A stretch of DNA of 63,970 bases, counting the filler, from Chiloscyllium plagiosum (lineage: Eukaryota), in assembly GCF_004010195.1 (NCBI RefSeq). It is 5 parts of one record of this genome, joined end to end, with 100 filler letters (N's around TTAATTAATTAA, not from the genome) between each part and the next. Parts side by side here need not be neighbours in the genome. Positions count along the whole stretch, not along the records: positions 1 to 15,608 come from NC_057715.1; 4 more parts are not named here. One strand, written 5' to 3'. Positions 1-13,331 of the stretch are shown one piece after another (the first letter of the stretch is position 1; each line of letters begins with the position of its first letter). Made by a program: the position numbers and the translations under genes. The notes beneath the pieces were generated by a model that was not told the DNA's origin, made no database searches, and saw only the letters and a program-made list of their open reading frames with translations.

Positions 1-422
1 TATGAAGAGAGGTTGACTGAGCTTGGACTTTTTTTCATTGGAAAAAAGAAGGAAGAGAGGGGACCTAATTGAGGTGTACAAGATAATGAGAGGCATAGAT
101 AGAGTTGATAGCCAGAAACTTTTTCCCAGGGCAGAAATTGTTAACATGAGGGGTCATAGTTTTAAGCTGTTTGGCGGAAAGTATAGAGGGGATGTCAGAG
201 GCGGGTTCTTTACACAGAGAGTTGTGAGAGCATGGAATGCGTTGCCAGCAGCAGTTGTGGAAGCAAGGTCATTGGGGATATTTAAGAGACGCTGGACATG
301 CATATTGTCACAGAAATTTGAGAGTTCGTACATTAGGTTTACCTAACATGAGGATCAATGGTCGGCACAACATCGTGGGGTGAAGGGCCTGTTCTGTGCT
401 GTACTGTTCTATGTTCTATGTT
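1..422 (+). mobile_element. CR1-type LINE 3' end
   Basis: RRKRGDLIEVYKIMRG...FFTQRVVRAWNALP is the CR1 RT C-terminus. Ends in a (TTCTATG)n tail. Confidence 0.9.
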
Positions 423-1628
423 ATTTTCTTATCAGTAATATTACAATGGAACTGGCTGTTGTATAATACAACTTAATATGTTTACAGAGTGGGCTGTACT
501 GTACCAGGACTGGAAGCTTATAAAATAAATGCTCTGTATCAAAATATATAGATCTACTGCTGTTCAACAGTGGGTCAACATGGAGTTTAAGTAGATATAT
601 CTTTCACTTGATGTACCACTTCAAGTATCAATCAAACATTCAATACGTTCATCAATCAAATGTCTCAGGAACTTTAGTAGATGTAAATCAGATAGGGTGA
701 AGAATGTGTTAGATGTTTGCCCATTATTAGAGAGTTCAAATCCAGCTCATATGAATAGGAAGAGACAAAAACTGCAGATGCTGGAATCCAAAGTAGACAA
801 GTACGAGACTGGAAGAACACAGCAAGCCAGGCAGCATCAGGAGGTGGAGAAGGCAACATTTTGGGTGTACGATGAGTCCTATCACAATGCTGGAAGCATC
901 TTGCACCGTCTTTTATGCTTTTTCATCTGTGATGAGGTGAGATTCTCACTAAACAGTAGTGAGATGCCAATTGGCAAGGATTAATGATTGTTAAATGCCT
1001 TGTTCACAGCACCATTTCATCCCTTAATTTTCAGACTTCCAACTTACCAAACCATCACCAAACACAATGTTAGGAAAACTCAACAAGGAAATCAGAGAAA
1101 GCACCAGTGAATTTGATTCACTACTTACTCTGAATGACACTAGGCACCAATATTTCAGGGGATGCTCCATGGGCACCAGTCAAATATACCACCACATTCA
1201 AGGAATTGGCATTCAACATGTGCCATCTTCTAAGAATCCTTATGGCACATCTCCAATCCATTGCAGGATGCTTTTGTACATCAATGCTACACCTTGGGCT
1301 GCACTGGCAATTCTCATTGTAATGCTGCAGCAAGGTCACTGTGTGCTCAGTCACACACACCCAGCTTGCGGACTGGACCAGGCTGCATTACTGGGCTCTT
1401 CATTCACTGCCATAGCACTCACTCACTCTGAGCCTACCTGGATGCTCAGCATTCCAGCCTTGCCTTGTCTTGCCATTTTGTTCTTTGTCCCCTCAGCCAG
1501 GATTACCACGTGCATACTACAGCTGTTTTGCCATGTCATTTAGCGCAGCTGCAAAGCCCAGAAGCTTGTCATATTTGTCAGCAGTCCTCAGTCAAATCTG
1601 GGGAGATAGCCTATGCTCAGGGGATCCC

Positions 1629-1846
1629 AGTCGAGAGTGTAGTGTTGGTAAAGCACAGCAGGTCAGGCAGCATCTGAGGAGCAGGAGAATCAATGTTTTG
1701 GGGATAAGCCTTTCATCAGGAATTCCTGATGAAGGGCTTATGCCTGAAAAGTCGATTCTCCTGCTCCTCAGATGCTGCCTGACCTGCGCTTTTTCAGCAC
1801 CACACTCTCGACTCTGAGGACTGCAGATGCTGGAGATCACTTTCTC
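1629..1846. mobile_element. Palindromic Penelope-like pLTR-derived insertion with a 15-bp target-site duplication
   Basis: About 92-bp inverted arms (1629-1813) centred on GAATTC at 1720-1725. CTCAGGGGATCCCAG is repeated at 1616-1630 and 1847-1861. CTGATGA cores occur on both strands. Confidence 0.8.
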
Positions 1847-2284
1847 CTCAGGGGATCCCAGCACAGTAAGTATGGGAGCCTCCCATACCAGTCCAGACCC
1901 CGCTCGGGGCAGTCAGAGTCAGGAACTTACCCTCAAAAGAGGAGAGGAGCCAAAGGATGGGCAGCCTACCACCTGTCAAGAGCTTTTCTGTCCTGCTGTG
2001 GGCTTTCTGCACAGAATGAGAGAGAGGCAGGTATTCTGGGAGATGAACGTAGATGGCAAAGCTGTTTTGTTGATGCAGGTGGGTAGATGTCCCAAGCATG
2101 TAAGTAGGCAGTATAGAGTATGCAGGGTTAGAAGTGTTGGTGGTTGGTGTGAGTGAGAGTGGGTGAGGGACATACTGCAAGCAATAGTGAGAGTGTTAGG
2201 ACATGAGTCTTTGTTGGAGCTGAGTACAGAGCAGAGAGAGAATGAGTGTGAAGTATCAGACAGAAGATGGCAATACTTAATCTA

Positions 2285-2510
2285 TCAGAGTGGCCATTGA
2301 CTTTTCTCCCATAGTGCTGGGAATTCCTGCATAGAACTTATACTGCTTTAACCTGGTGGCAAAGGCAGACCAGGCTGGCATGGTCTGATCTCATGGCATC
2401 TATTGCTGGTGTTGAGGTAAGAGGAAGTCCCATGTTTGCACCATCCTGTCCAGTAGGATTTCCAAGACCTTGCCCGTAAGTAGGGGTACCAATTTTCCCC
2501 TGTCTGCCAT
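2285..2510 (-). mobile_element. Decayed PIF/Harbinger Myb/SANT-like ORF remnant
   Basis: Minus-strand translation MADRGKLVPLLTGKVLEILLDRMVQTWDFLLP...TMPAWSAFATRL, with stops. Resembles Harbinger Myb-like proteins (xLExLLD...PAW). Confidence 0.5.
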
Positions 2511-2699
2511 CTCTGGGGCAAACATCAGCAACTGCTCAGGGCAGCTCTGGACTGACGGTCCTTGTCCGGGTTCACACTATGCATTTAATGATAACACAGG
2601 CACAACAGATTGTTGGTGAGTTCTGGAATATTCAGTGAGTAGTGACTTGTCCTGGGAATGGTGCGTGGTAAGATGGGGTAGAAATCAATTTTAATTTTA

Positions 2700-3140
2700 A
2701 CTTATTCACTTTTTGTGGGATTTGATGTGGCTGGCTGGCCAGCATTTATTGCCCATTCCTCATTGCCCTTGAGAAGGTGGCTGTGCGCTGTCTTCTTAAA
2801 CCAATGCAGGCCACCTGCTGGGTTGATCCACAATGCCATTAGGGATGGAATTTTGACCCAGTGACAGTGAAGAAATGGCGATATATTTCCAAGCCAGAAT
2901 GGTGACTGGCTTGGAGGGGATCTTGAAGGTGGTACTGTTCCCATATAACTGCTGCTTTTGTCCTTCTAGATGAAAGTGGTCATGTGTTTAGAGGGTGCTG
3001 TCTGAGGATCTTTGGTGAATTTCTGCAGTGCATCTTGTCGATAGTACACACAGCTGCTATTGAGCATCGGTGGTGGAGGGAGTGGACGCTTGTGGATGCA
3101 GTGCAATCAAGGGGGCTGCTTTGTCCTGGATGGTGTCAAG
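2700..3140 (-). mobile_element. 3' end of a second CR1/L2-clade LINE family
   Basis: Reverse complement of the 3' part of 20225-21580 (gccagcatttattgccc...ggtgaatttctgcagtgcatcttg). Confidence 0.75.
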
Positions 3141-3621
3141 CTTTTATAGGAAGATGCTATAGGATTGGGGTAGATCATTAATGAAGTGAGTTTGATAAGA
3201 TGCAGCAAGAAAACGTCACGGTGAGGCACCGTCCAAGAGACTCGACATAACGAGGACCTAGCCAAAAATATTCAGCCCTATGTGATTGACTTTTCATGAC
3301 TTCAGGACAGCTAAGGGTGAACAATTAGTTCTATATTACCAGTGTTACTATGTTACATGATATAACAAAGAACACTTTACTGAAAATGTGTTTGGGGGCT
3401 CTGTATCCATTTCCGAATAATCAAAATGTACACCACTCTCAGGCAGGAAGTGGAAAAATGCTTTCTGGAGTAATTCTAGTCTGTGAGCTAGAAGAGACAT
3501 AATGGGTTGAATGGTCTTTCTCCATACTGTGTGATTCTCTGATAATGTTACTTTTGATAGCATCTACACTCATCAATATACAATTCAGAAGAAGATAATT
3601 GTGATGTAAGAGAGCACTTAC

Positions 3622-3729
3622 CGAATGGGCAGCTACAATTGTATTCAGTGGGAAGGTTGACACAGGATCCATGGTTCAAGTGACCATGTGACATTGCACA
3701 GTAGTTCACAATAGTTTGACACAAATTAC
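3622..3729 (-). CDS. EGF-like exon (108 bp, phase 1 to 1) of the FAT4-like protocadherin; not in the ORF track in this frame
   Basis: Acceptor ttttgttacag|GT and donor CCATTCG|gtaagt. Translates GNLCQTIVNYCAMSHGHLNHGSCVNLPTEYNCSCPFG, matching the FAT4 'VNYC...CPFG' exon as recalled. Confidence 0.9.
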
Positions 3730-5402
3730 CTGTAACAAAACCTCATTTTATTATTGATGTAGCATGATATAGTCTACTTTTTCTAAAATAACTTTAACAT
3801 GTTCATGATAATATAATATTGAAAATAAACATTCTGGATCCTACAAAATTATTGTGAAACATTCATGTCAGCTATGTGGGAGATGTAAGGTAAAAGTTCA
3901 TGTCAATTAATCATCATACTGAGAATTTCTGCTCAGGGTTACAGCAGTTGGGTGAAAGAAAGTGGAAGGAAACCCAGAAAATGGATGGCAGCCAGAACAC
4001 TTCTTTTAGAATTCATAGCAAGTGCCTGAACAGTAACATAAAGATCTATCTTCTCAAGTGGGGAATTGCATTTATGAAGAAAGAGAGTTTAAAGAGTTTT
4101 CTTTTAAAGGAGAGATTGATAATGGCTTGTAAGGCTAAACAGAAAATATTGACTAACATTAGGACTAGGAAGGCAAAATGATTGATCAGATTGACTTTCC
4201 AAGAATATTAAGAAACTCAGATATTTCTGAAGGCTGAGGACATAAGGGAGTGAAAGTTTAGAAAGACAGGATGATGCCAATAAAGTGATTGGGCGATAAG
4301 CCAAAGGCTGAGGCCAGAGAAAGGAATAAAGTCAAATGGACTGACCTGTGTATATGGTGTCTAACTTGATAAAGAAGGAATCAGTTGGCCTCACACACTA
4401 GATCCGGAATTCTCAGTGAGGCTAGTGGGTGTCTGAAAATTTTCATGGCTCAGTCAATATGCCTCAGAAGAAAGTGCCCACAAGAAGGAATTTCATTATT
4501 GAATGATGGGTCAGGCTTCTGTGAGGCCTGTTGTCCCTAGAATTAAGTTGGAGGAGCCACAAGGGCTGCTGTGGGTGCAGGTGAGTTCTTTAAAAGATCT
4601 GCTCTAATTCTGTTGGACTTCATTCCAGTTCAATAAACATTACATCTTCTCAACATCACCACCCCTCCCAACCCCCACTAGCTCATCAAGCTCCCTGATG
4701 CCATCACATGCTCCCATCCACCACCCTTCTGACTATTAACATTCCCCATGCCAGGCTATGGGGAATGCCAGGCTACACTCCATCCCTCTTCACATCAAGC
4801 GATGGCATTCCCATGCCCATCAACCACTATATACATTTCATAGAGTCAGGGGATTCTATAGTGACTGTAGGATGTATTAAAAAAAAGTTTTTAAAAAATT
4901 GTTAATTGACATTCCACATTCCATAAAAAATAAACTCGTTTTCATTACAGCCAAATAAAACTATCTATCTGTAATAACTTAACTTTTTAACCTTGCATAA
5001 ATAAACTTGTGAGGATAACTGAATCAAACAGGGGTTCAAGTATTTCAACTGAATAATGGATTTCAGGGTGCTCAGGCAAGAATACATAATGTGATATAAT
5101 ATAGGTTGAGGAAGTGGTCTGAGATAGTCAACACAACTGTCTGTATTTGAACATATTAGTAACGTATCTATATTAATCACAATAGAATTACATTACACAT
5201 GCAAGAAAGCAGAATGAAAACACTTAATTTCAAAAAAGCAGTTTTGAATATACTTCCATTATGGTCAAAGCATGAACTTACCATTGTGGAAATATATATT
5301 TAATAATCAAATTTAACATATTACACAATATAGCCAGTAAATATTCTCTATATTAATAGCTTTGGTTGTCTTTTTAAAAGTTTTAGTTATTGTGATTATT
5401 AC

Positions 5403-8400
5403 CTGTATAACTTGGAGGACATTTACATAGAAAGGCTCTAGGTAAATTCAGGCAAGTCAATCCATTCTGGCACAGGTTTTGTTGGCATTCACTTCTATCT
5501 GCTCCACAAAGGGGACCAGGTTTATCTTCAGGACAAGGGCAAGAGAAAATTCCTGGATAGTTCAGACAGGTTCCATAACTGCTACATGGGGCAGCCTGAC
5601 ATTCATCAATGTCCAATTCACACAACTGACCAATATATCCATTTGGACAGATACAGTTAAAAGGTTCCATTAGACTGTGACTCAGAAAATTGACAGAGGA
5701 ACTTTCTAGAAGTAAAGTGTCTATATTGACACTGATTTGCTTTGTACAGACAGCATCATGGTGACAAGGATTTTGTACACATGGATCATAAGTAACTGCA
5801 GAAATTGTGATTCCAGTATGAGTTCTCAGCCATTGTTCATGAGTGGTGAAAATGTCTATTAAAGTACTTCGAGATAGAGTCTGCCCATTGTTCTTTTCAA
5901 TAGCTGCCATCAGGAGGACATGCCTACTCATGGGCATCATTCCGAAAACGTAGAGTTTTGTGTTATTTTTGCTTATGAGGTCATCGACAGTCTTGACAAA
6001 ATGCAAATACTTTTTGTCCAAAAACTCTCTAATGGAGACTCTGACCAGAAGAAGAACACTATTGTCAATTGTGACATTATTAAAATGTTTGTATTTTATA
6101 TAAATATTGCTGGACACAGGACTATGAAAACCATTGTTTGCCCGGACTGTAAGATTGAAGTCCTTTTCAGAAAGCTGTTTTCCAGATTGCAGTTCACAGG
6201 TGTCTGTTGTGATCGTGAAATGGGTGGTAGAATTGGTTACTATGCTGCAGTTGAATATATTTGGCACATCCAGATCCTCTGACATTACATTACCTACCTT
6301 TCCACCAGGGAAATATTTGCCATAATAATTGATTTGAATATAAAGGTTTCTCGGCTGAAAAACGTTCTCATTTTGATCTAGTACAAGGACATGAAAAATA
6401 CTCACTGAAGACATAGATGGAATTCCAGAATCATGCACAATTATAGGCAGATACAACTCACTGATGATTTCCCTTTCAATCATTTTCTGCGTTGACAGAA
6501 CACCAGCTGGAGACAATGTAACAAAACTACTGGCATTACTGTTATCTGCTAGCTGGTACCTGAATGGCCCTTGATTGGGGAGTGAATCCAGATCCGTAGC
6601 ATTCAGGTAAATAAGTTGCGTACCAGGCGGTTGTTTCTCCATTATGTATCCTTCAGTGCTAACAAGAATAGGACCATTGTCATTCACATCATCAACTATG
6701 ATCATCAGTTGTGCATTCCCTGTTGCTGGGCTGGTCCCTCTACGAAAAGCAGTAATGGTCAAGTTATAAAATGGCGTGGTCTCCCTATCAAGTGAAGATG
6801 CAATAAACACTTCACCTGTTTGAGAATTCACAGAAAATGAATTATTTTTGTTTCCATCTTTAATTTGAATCTCAAACTGTTTCCATTCTGGAATGGTGCC
6901 TGAGTTATCAGCCATCAGAGATATGACTGAAGTGCCAACGAGTGAATCTTCTCTCACATGTGTCTGATAGATGGCAGATTTAAAAATGAGGGCATTACTA
7001 TCTTCGAGAATAGTAATATTAATTAGTGCTTCATCCACATCAAAACCACTTATGCTTCCAATATTCTTAGCAAGCACTTGAAGAAGAATATGACTACCTC
7101 TGTTTTGTTTCATGTTCCCAGAGACAACTACCTCCCCAGTGTTCATATTGATCTGAAAGCCTCTCTCTTTGCTTTTTCCTATAAGTAAATAGTTAACAAT
7201 GCCATCAAAACCAAGATCGCAATCAGTTGCAGTCACACAGCCTACAATAGTTCCATTGAGTGCATTCTCTGAAACAGAAAAATTATACAATGTTTTAGCA
7301 AATTGAGGGATGTATTCATTCACACCTGTAACATTAACATACACTTTAGCCAGACTGAACTTACTACTGTCATGAGTGTTAAATGCTCTGACCGTTACTT
7401 CATAAAACTGATGCAGCTCAAAATTTAAAATCTCTTGCACAGTAATTATTCCAAACTGTGGATCTATAAAAAATTCAGGATGTCCACCCTCAATAATGTA
7501 ATTTATCTCAGCATGGATTCCAGAGTCATTGTCTGTAGCATTAACTTTAAAGACTGTAGTACCACATGGTGAGTTCTCTGCCACAGTTGCAAAAAATACC
7601 TGGTCACAAAATACAGGAGGATTGTCATTAGCATCTTCGACTTGTATAATAACATTAACAGAACCAGTCTTTGACATCCATCCACCATCTTCAGCATAAA
7701 TCTGAAGAATGTAAACAGAATCCATTTCAAAATCCAAACTTCTAAGTAAAGTGAGCAACCCAGTTGTGTTTTCAATAGAAAAATATGCTCCATCATTGCC
7801 AGCTACTATTGAGTACATGATTTGGCCATTTACCCCTTGGTCATTGTCAAAGGCAGTAAGATTATCTATAAGCGAACCAGCAGACCAGTCCTCAGGAATG
7901 AAATAACTCAGTTGCTGTGAGAAAAATTGTGGGGCAAATCTATTTTCTTCAGTGACTATAAAGTTGACTATTGTACTAGAAGAAAGGGATGGTGTGCCTT
8001 TATCATGTGCTGTTATTGATACAGTGAAAACTTTGTTCAGACTTGAAGCTAAAGAGTTTGCAATGAAAATCCAGCCACTATCTTGCTCAATGCCAAATAG
8101 AAATGAACCATTGTTTCCAGTGATATAATATTCTAGTTCTCCATTTGAATATGAGTCTTCATCAACTGCAGTTAGTTTAATCACTTTGGTGCCAAACTCC
8201 AAATTCACAGGAACTGGAGTTAACTGTCTATGTGGTAAAAATATAGGGGGATGATCATTGCGAGCTATGATAGTAATTGTTACAGTTGTCTCACTGAGAT
8301 TCGGTGGCTCACCAAGGTCTGAGGCAGTTAGAGTAAAATTAATTTTGTTCCAGTCACCACTAGGGTTATCTAAGATTTTAAATGGAATGAGTTGCTTCGT

Positions 8401-9755
8401 GAAAATCTCACCAGTAGTTGCATTCACTCTGAAGAATTCATGTGGAGGCTGAAGCATGTAGAAAATGTTTCCATTGCTTTCCAAATCAGGGTCAGTGGCA
8501 GATACTTGCAGAACAAACATTTCTTTCTCCTTAGGTTCTGGAATGGTTAAACTGTAAAATGGCTCAGTAAACTGTGGTACATTGTCATTTGTATCAATGA
8601 CGAATATGGTGACATCTGTGTTTACATCCCATGCTGAATCATTGGCATGTATTCGTACAATGTACCAATCTGTTGTCTCTCTGTCCAATAACCTTGTCAC
8701 AATCAAATCTCCAGTGCTTTGATTCACGCCAAATGGCAGACTTGCTGTCTTACCTGGAATACTGTATGTACTAATTGCATTCATACCAATATCGTCATCG
8801 GTAGTTGTAATCCGTACAATGGTAAAGCCAACTGGAGCGTTTTCAAGAACATGCGCAAGGAAGATTTGGGAAAACCGAGGAGCGTTGTCATTTTTGTCAA
8901 GGACAGAAATAATGACTGTTGCCGTGCCTGTTTTGGTGTTGCTTCCTTGGTCTTTTGCTTTAACTATTAAAGTATATAATGCCATCTGTTCTCTATCCAA
9001 CATCTGAGCAGTTCTTATGACTCCACTGGAACTATTGATCTTAAATGCATCATTAACATTTCCAGCAAAAATACTATATTCTATGAATCCATTCAGACCA
9101 GAATCCAAATCAGCTGCAGATACGTTGCAAACATCACAGGCTGGAACATTCTCATATACTTCACATCTGTAGATACTCTGTTTGAATTCAGGAAAATTAT
9201 CATTTACATCTGTAATATTTATGTCTATTCTGGCATAAGAAGAAAATGGTGGTGAACCTGAATTCCTGGCTTCAATCCAGAGCTGGTAATATTTTACAAT
9301 CTCAAAATCCAACGTGTTTTTTATCGTCAATTCTCCTGTTAGTTGGTCCATTTGAAACACATCTCCAAAGTTGCCTGCCACAAGATAAAAGAGAATAGGT
9401 CTAATTTTTCCTTTCACGTTGCCAAAGGCACTGACCTTAGAAATCACAGTATTGACTGCTTGATCTTCAGGATAGACATGCACTTTGTTATCCACGAAGA
9501 ATTGTGGGAAGTCATTGGTACTTTGAAACCGCACTGTAAGAGTTGTACTGTCCATTTTTGGATTGTCTCCTCCATCAATTACATTAACAATTACTGTAAT
9601 GTCCATTAATCCTTTCAATATCTGTTTTGCAAAAATCACACCCCTAACTGGATCAATAGCAAACTTGTTTGCATTCGGGCCATACAAGGAAAAGCTCAGG
9701 TCAGCATTTATTCCTGTATCTCTATCTTTTGCTGTTACGGCGTAAACAAATGAAC
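5403..9755 (-). CDS. Giant internal exon (4353 bp, phase 1 to 1) of the FAT4-like protocadherin: about 11-12 cadherin repeats, a juxtamembrane-type linker and three EGF-like domains
   Basis: Lies within the uninterrupted 1478-aa ORF. Acceptor ttcccacag|GT TCA (GSFVYAV) and donor TATACAG|gtaat. Repeated LDRE/LDFE and DxNDNxPxF motifs. The first EGF has the long insertion typical of FAT4. Sequence and boundaries parallel the large FAT4 exon as remembered (GSFVFAVT...CKTGYTG). Confidence 0.95.
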
Positions 9756-12236
9756 CTGTGGGAATAGTTAAAGACAGTGATTCATTAAAAATATATCCAT
9801 AAAAGCTACTTTTTGTCATTGAAATGTGAGCATTGCTAGCAAGGTCTGCATTTATTGTCCAATCCTAATTGACCTTGGAATGGATGGCTTAGAGGGCAAT
9901 GAAAAGGTCAAAAACATGGCGGCTGAAGTCACTTGTAGGTCAGACATGGTCAGGCAATAGATTTCCTTGGCTGAAGGAGGACAGGACATCCTCCCATGAA
10001 GGAAGGATATTCATAAACCATGTGGGTGGCTCCAATAATCCTGTACTTACATGATTTGTCCTCTCTTTTTATTTATTTGGGGCCATGGGCATTGCTGACC
10101 ATTACAGCATTTATTGTCCATCCCTATAGTCAATCACATTTGCTGTGGGTCCAGACCCAAGTCTTATAGAATTCCTACAGTGTGGAAGCAGGCTATTCAT
10201 CCAACAAGTCCACACCAACCCTCCAAAGGGCATTTCACCCAGATCCACAATTCTACCCTATCCCCGTAACCCTTCATTTCCTATGGCTTACCCACCCAGC
10301 CTGCATATCCCTGGACACTATGAGCAATAGCATTGCCTTAAATAGTTAAGTAAAGGACACTTTAGATGCTCTCCTTGCTATTCTACTGAATTTGTGAAGG
10401 GATCGGGGGAAAGATGCCTCCTATTTGGTTCCTAATGCCCCACACAAGGCCGTGCCGATGAAATGGTAGGCCACCCCCAACGACCCCTACTAACCTCCAC
10501 TCACTGCCTTCAAACCCTCCCTGAGCCTGTCTGACTGGCCCTGGCTTGGCTGCTCTACGTAACTGAACTCTGGGGCCGCCATGGCTTTTCAGATGATGAC
10601 CTCCTACACTACTAGCAGTAGCCATTATTTGTCACTCTGAGTACCCTAGGGATTCCAACAGCAGGAAGGGAAGTGCCTGATTGGAGTCCAATCCCAACCA
10701 GGCTTCTGGAAGTGGCCATGGTGGTGCTGCCACCAGCTGACATAGCCATTGAATTCATACCCAAGTGTTTGAAACACTTATTTAGTGCACTGTATTACTA
10801 GTCTGGCAAATTTACCGCTAACACCCTCATATGTGTTTTACAATCAGTTTCAGTTTTACAATCAGTTTATTTCCCTGCCCTACATTCCTGCAGATAATGA
10901 TTGATAAGCTATCATTCGACTTTCAAACATATCATCCGAAATGTTCAATGATTGCTGCATTCGAGATTTCTACTGCCCTTACTACGTACCAAAACTTTGA
11001 GGCTTGGTCAGTTACTTCTGTAACCCTTTCTGGATTATTTAGAGACTTGCTGTAACTCAAAATGGTCATGCTCTAAAGATTTCAAGATTAGGAGCAGAAT
11101 TTCTCATGTTAGAGGGATCTGACTGTGAACTTTGGGGTTTCTTGCCCTGGCTTATCTTAGAGAGGTCAAACTCATTGGCAGCTATGGGAACCACCTGGAG
11201 TTCCCAAAAGGGATTGTGGGTTGGAACTAAAAATCTGTAGACAACATTTTTCCTGCAATCTTTAATCTGGACCTCTTCATAATTGTTTTTTTTAGAATAA
11301 TTTCAAAATAATCTTCTCAGTTATAATGTCCAATGAAAATTCTGAGTGAAGGAGGTGACCAACATATGCTTTTAACCTGGTAATGACATTCAAGTCATCA
11401 AATCTCACCCTGGCACCGTGAACTTTAGTAGATGGGTGACAGAGTTCGGATTTCATCACTATAACGGTAAGAGAGGAAAAGAAACATCACGTCAGACAAA
11501 TTTCTTAGCAATTGAAATTACTGACTGATGTAAATGATAATGCAGGAACCAATGCTATTCAGTTCAACTTTTTCAGAAAGTTCAGGATGGGTTGCCTTTC
11601 TAATGAAGCCTTTTTTTTCACAACTTCTCTTTTCAATTTTCTGTTGCTCACATATCAAGTTATGAATAACATTGCCTATGACTGTGGTTATAATACATTT
11701 CTACCAGTCCTCCTTGACTTCTCCATAGCCTCCAATATGACCAAACATTTTTTTATCCAGCAATATCTTTTCTCCATTATTCATCCCTGTGGAACTTTTT
11801 TCACTTGTCTACATTCTTAATTGTCACACTGTAGCCAAAACCCTATTTAAAAACTGCTTCTCTTCCCAGCTGTAAACTGCCACATCCAGAGAGTTCAATT
11901 TTATGCCTTTTTATTCCTCATCTACTTGATGCCCTTTAATTATGTTATTCAAAATTACGAAGGTCAGCTTCTGCATGTACACTGATGACCAATGACAATC
12001 ACTGGCTCTATTCTAACAGAGGTTCTGACTGACATACCTTTCTGGACAAACCCAACATCCTTCAGCTAAACTTTGGGAACAATGATGCATTGCTTTTGGT
12101 TGTTGCCATGAGCTCATTCCCTCACCATAGATTGCCAACTTCCCTGGCTATTGTTTCACCTTTCCCAGATGGTTTGAGATCTATTTGGCCTTGAGCTGTG
12201 CTTTTGTCCCACTATCTGATATCACAAAGGGAGAAC

Positions 12237-12430
12237 GGGTGCTCTGGTTTCCTCCCACAGTCCAAAAATGTGTAGATCAGGTGAATTGGCCATGCTAAAT
12301 TGCCCGTAGTGTTAGGTCAAGGGGTAAATGTAGGGGAATGGATCTAGGTGGGTTGCACTTCGGCGGGTCGGTGTGGACTTGTTGGGCCGAAGGGCCTGTT
12401 TCCACACTGTAAGTAATCTAATCTAATCTA
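12237..12430 (+). mobile_element. HE1-like V-SINE, 5'-truncated
   Basis: ggtttcctcccacagtccaaa V-domain, CR1-like 3' tail and (TCTAA)n end. Confidence 0.8.
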
Positions 12431-13080
12431 AACACTTCTACCTACATAATATTTTTTCCTCCTCAGTCCATCCATTGTCATTGGCGTCTCATACTCTGAC
12501 AGCTTGGTTCTCCTATTTGTCCCTTACCCTTTGACATATCAAATTCTATTCACCCATCAATCTCATTCTTGTTAATCTAGGTCAGTATTCAATCTACGCA
12601 CGTTTCAAATTCAAAATTGGCATCCTTGTCTTTAATTCCTCCATAATCTCAGTAATTTTCACTAGTCTTAAACTGCTACCAAATTCTCTGATCCTCCTCC
12701 TCTGACCTTTTGTGGCATTCACCTACCCCAGCACCCTGACCACACCACACCCACCAAATTTACTCACCTAGTTCCTGATCTTTGGAAATTCCTATCCTTT
12801 ATTGCTTTGCCTCTTCACTGTTCTCTCCTCCGTTAAGAAACATTTTATACCTAGCTTTGTGATTTCTATCTTGGGTTAGCATTCATTTCAAACTGTGCCC
12901 TTAAGAAGCCTTAAAATGTTTATTTCTTCAAGTCCAAGTTGTCGTTCTCAATTACTTTTTGAGAAGAGATTGATATTGCAAAATCATATGTAACATCACT
13001 AGGAATGATAAAAGACTGCAATTAGGTAAAAAAGAAAGTCCTGTTTGATATAAATATGGAAGTATATTTCAGAAACTTAC

Positions 13081-13331
13081 CCTCATTTCGAATTGCAGGG
13101 ACATTTGCGACATATGGATCATTCAGGAACTCAGGTGGCTCATCATTTACATCCTCTACTATGACCAACACTAAGGTTGAACTGGACAATGGCTCCATGT
13201 GATTTTTGTCAGTAGCTAGAACAATCAGTGTATAACTTGTCTGCATTTCCCTGTCCAAAGTAGAAGTAGTAACAATTTCTCCACTGATTGGGTCAATAGA
13301 GAATGGAGACTCTCCAAAATCCATTGAGTAG
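13081..13331 (-). CDS. Internal exon (251 bp, phase 2 to 1) of the FAT4-like protocadherin
   Basis: Acceptor tttattcttag|C and donor GAGG|gtaagt. Encodes YSMDFGESPFSIDPISGEIVTTSTLDRE...EDVNDEPPEFLNDPYVANVP (LDRE and DVND motifs). Confidence 0.93.

Noticed and set aside
3348..3563. Possible laminin-G exon following the EGF exon
   Set aside because: Only vague similarity, no good acceptor, and stops follow. The true exon probably lies left of the window.
9756..9819. ATG start of the 1478-aa ORF
   Set aside because: The first 21 codons are intronic. There is no signal peptide, and a phase-compatible acceptor at 9755 joins the upstream exon.
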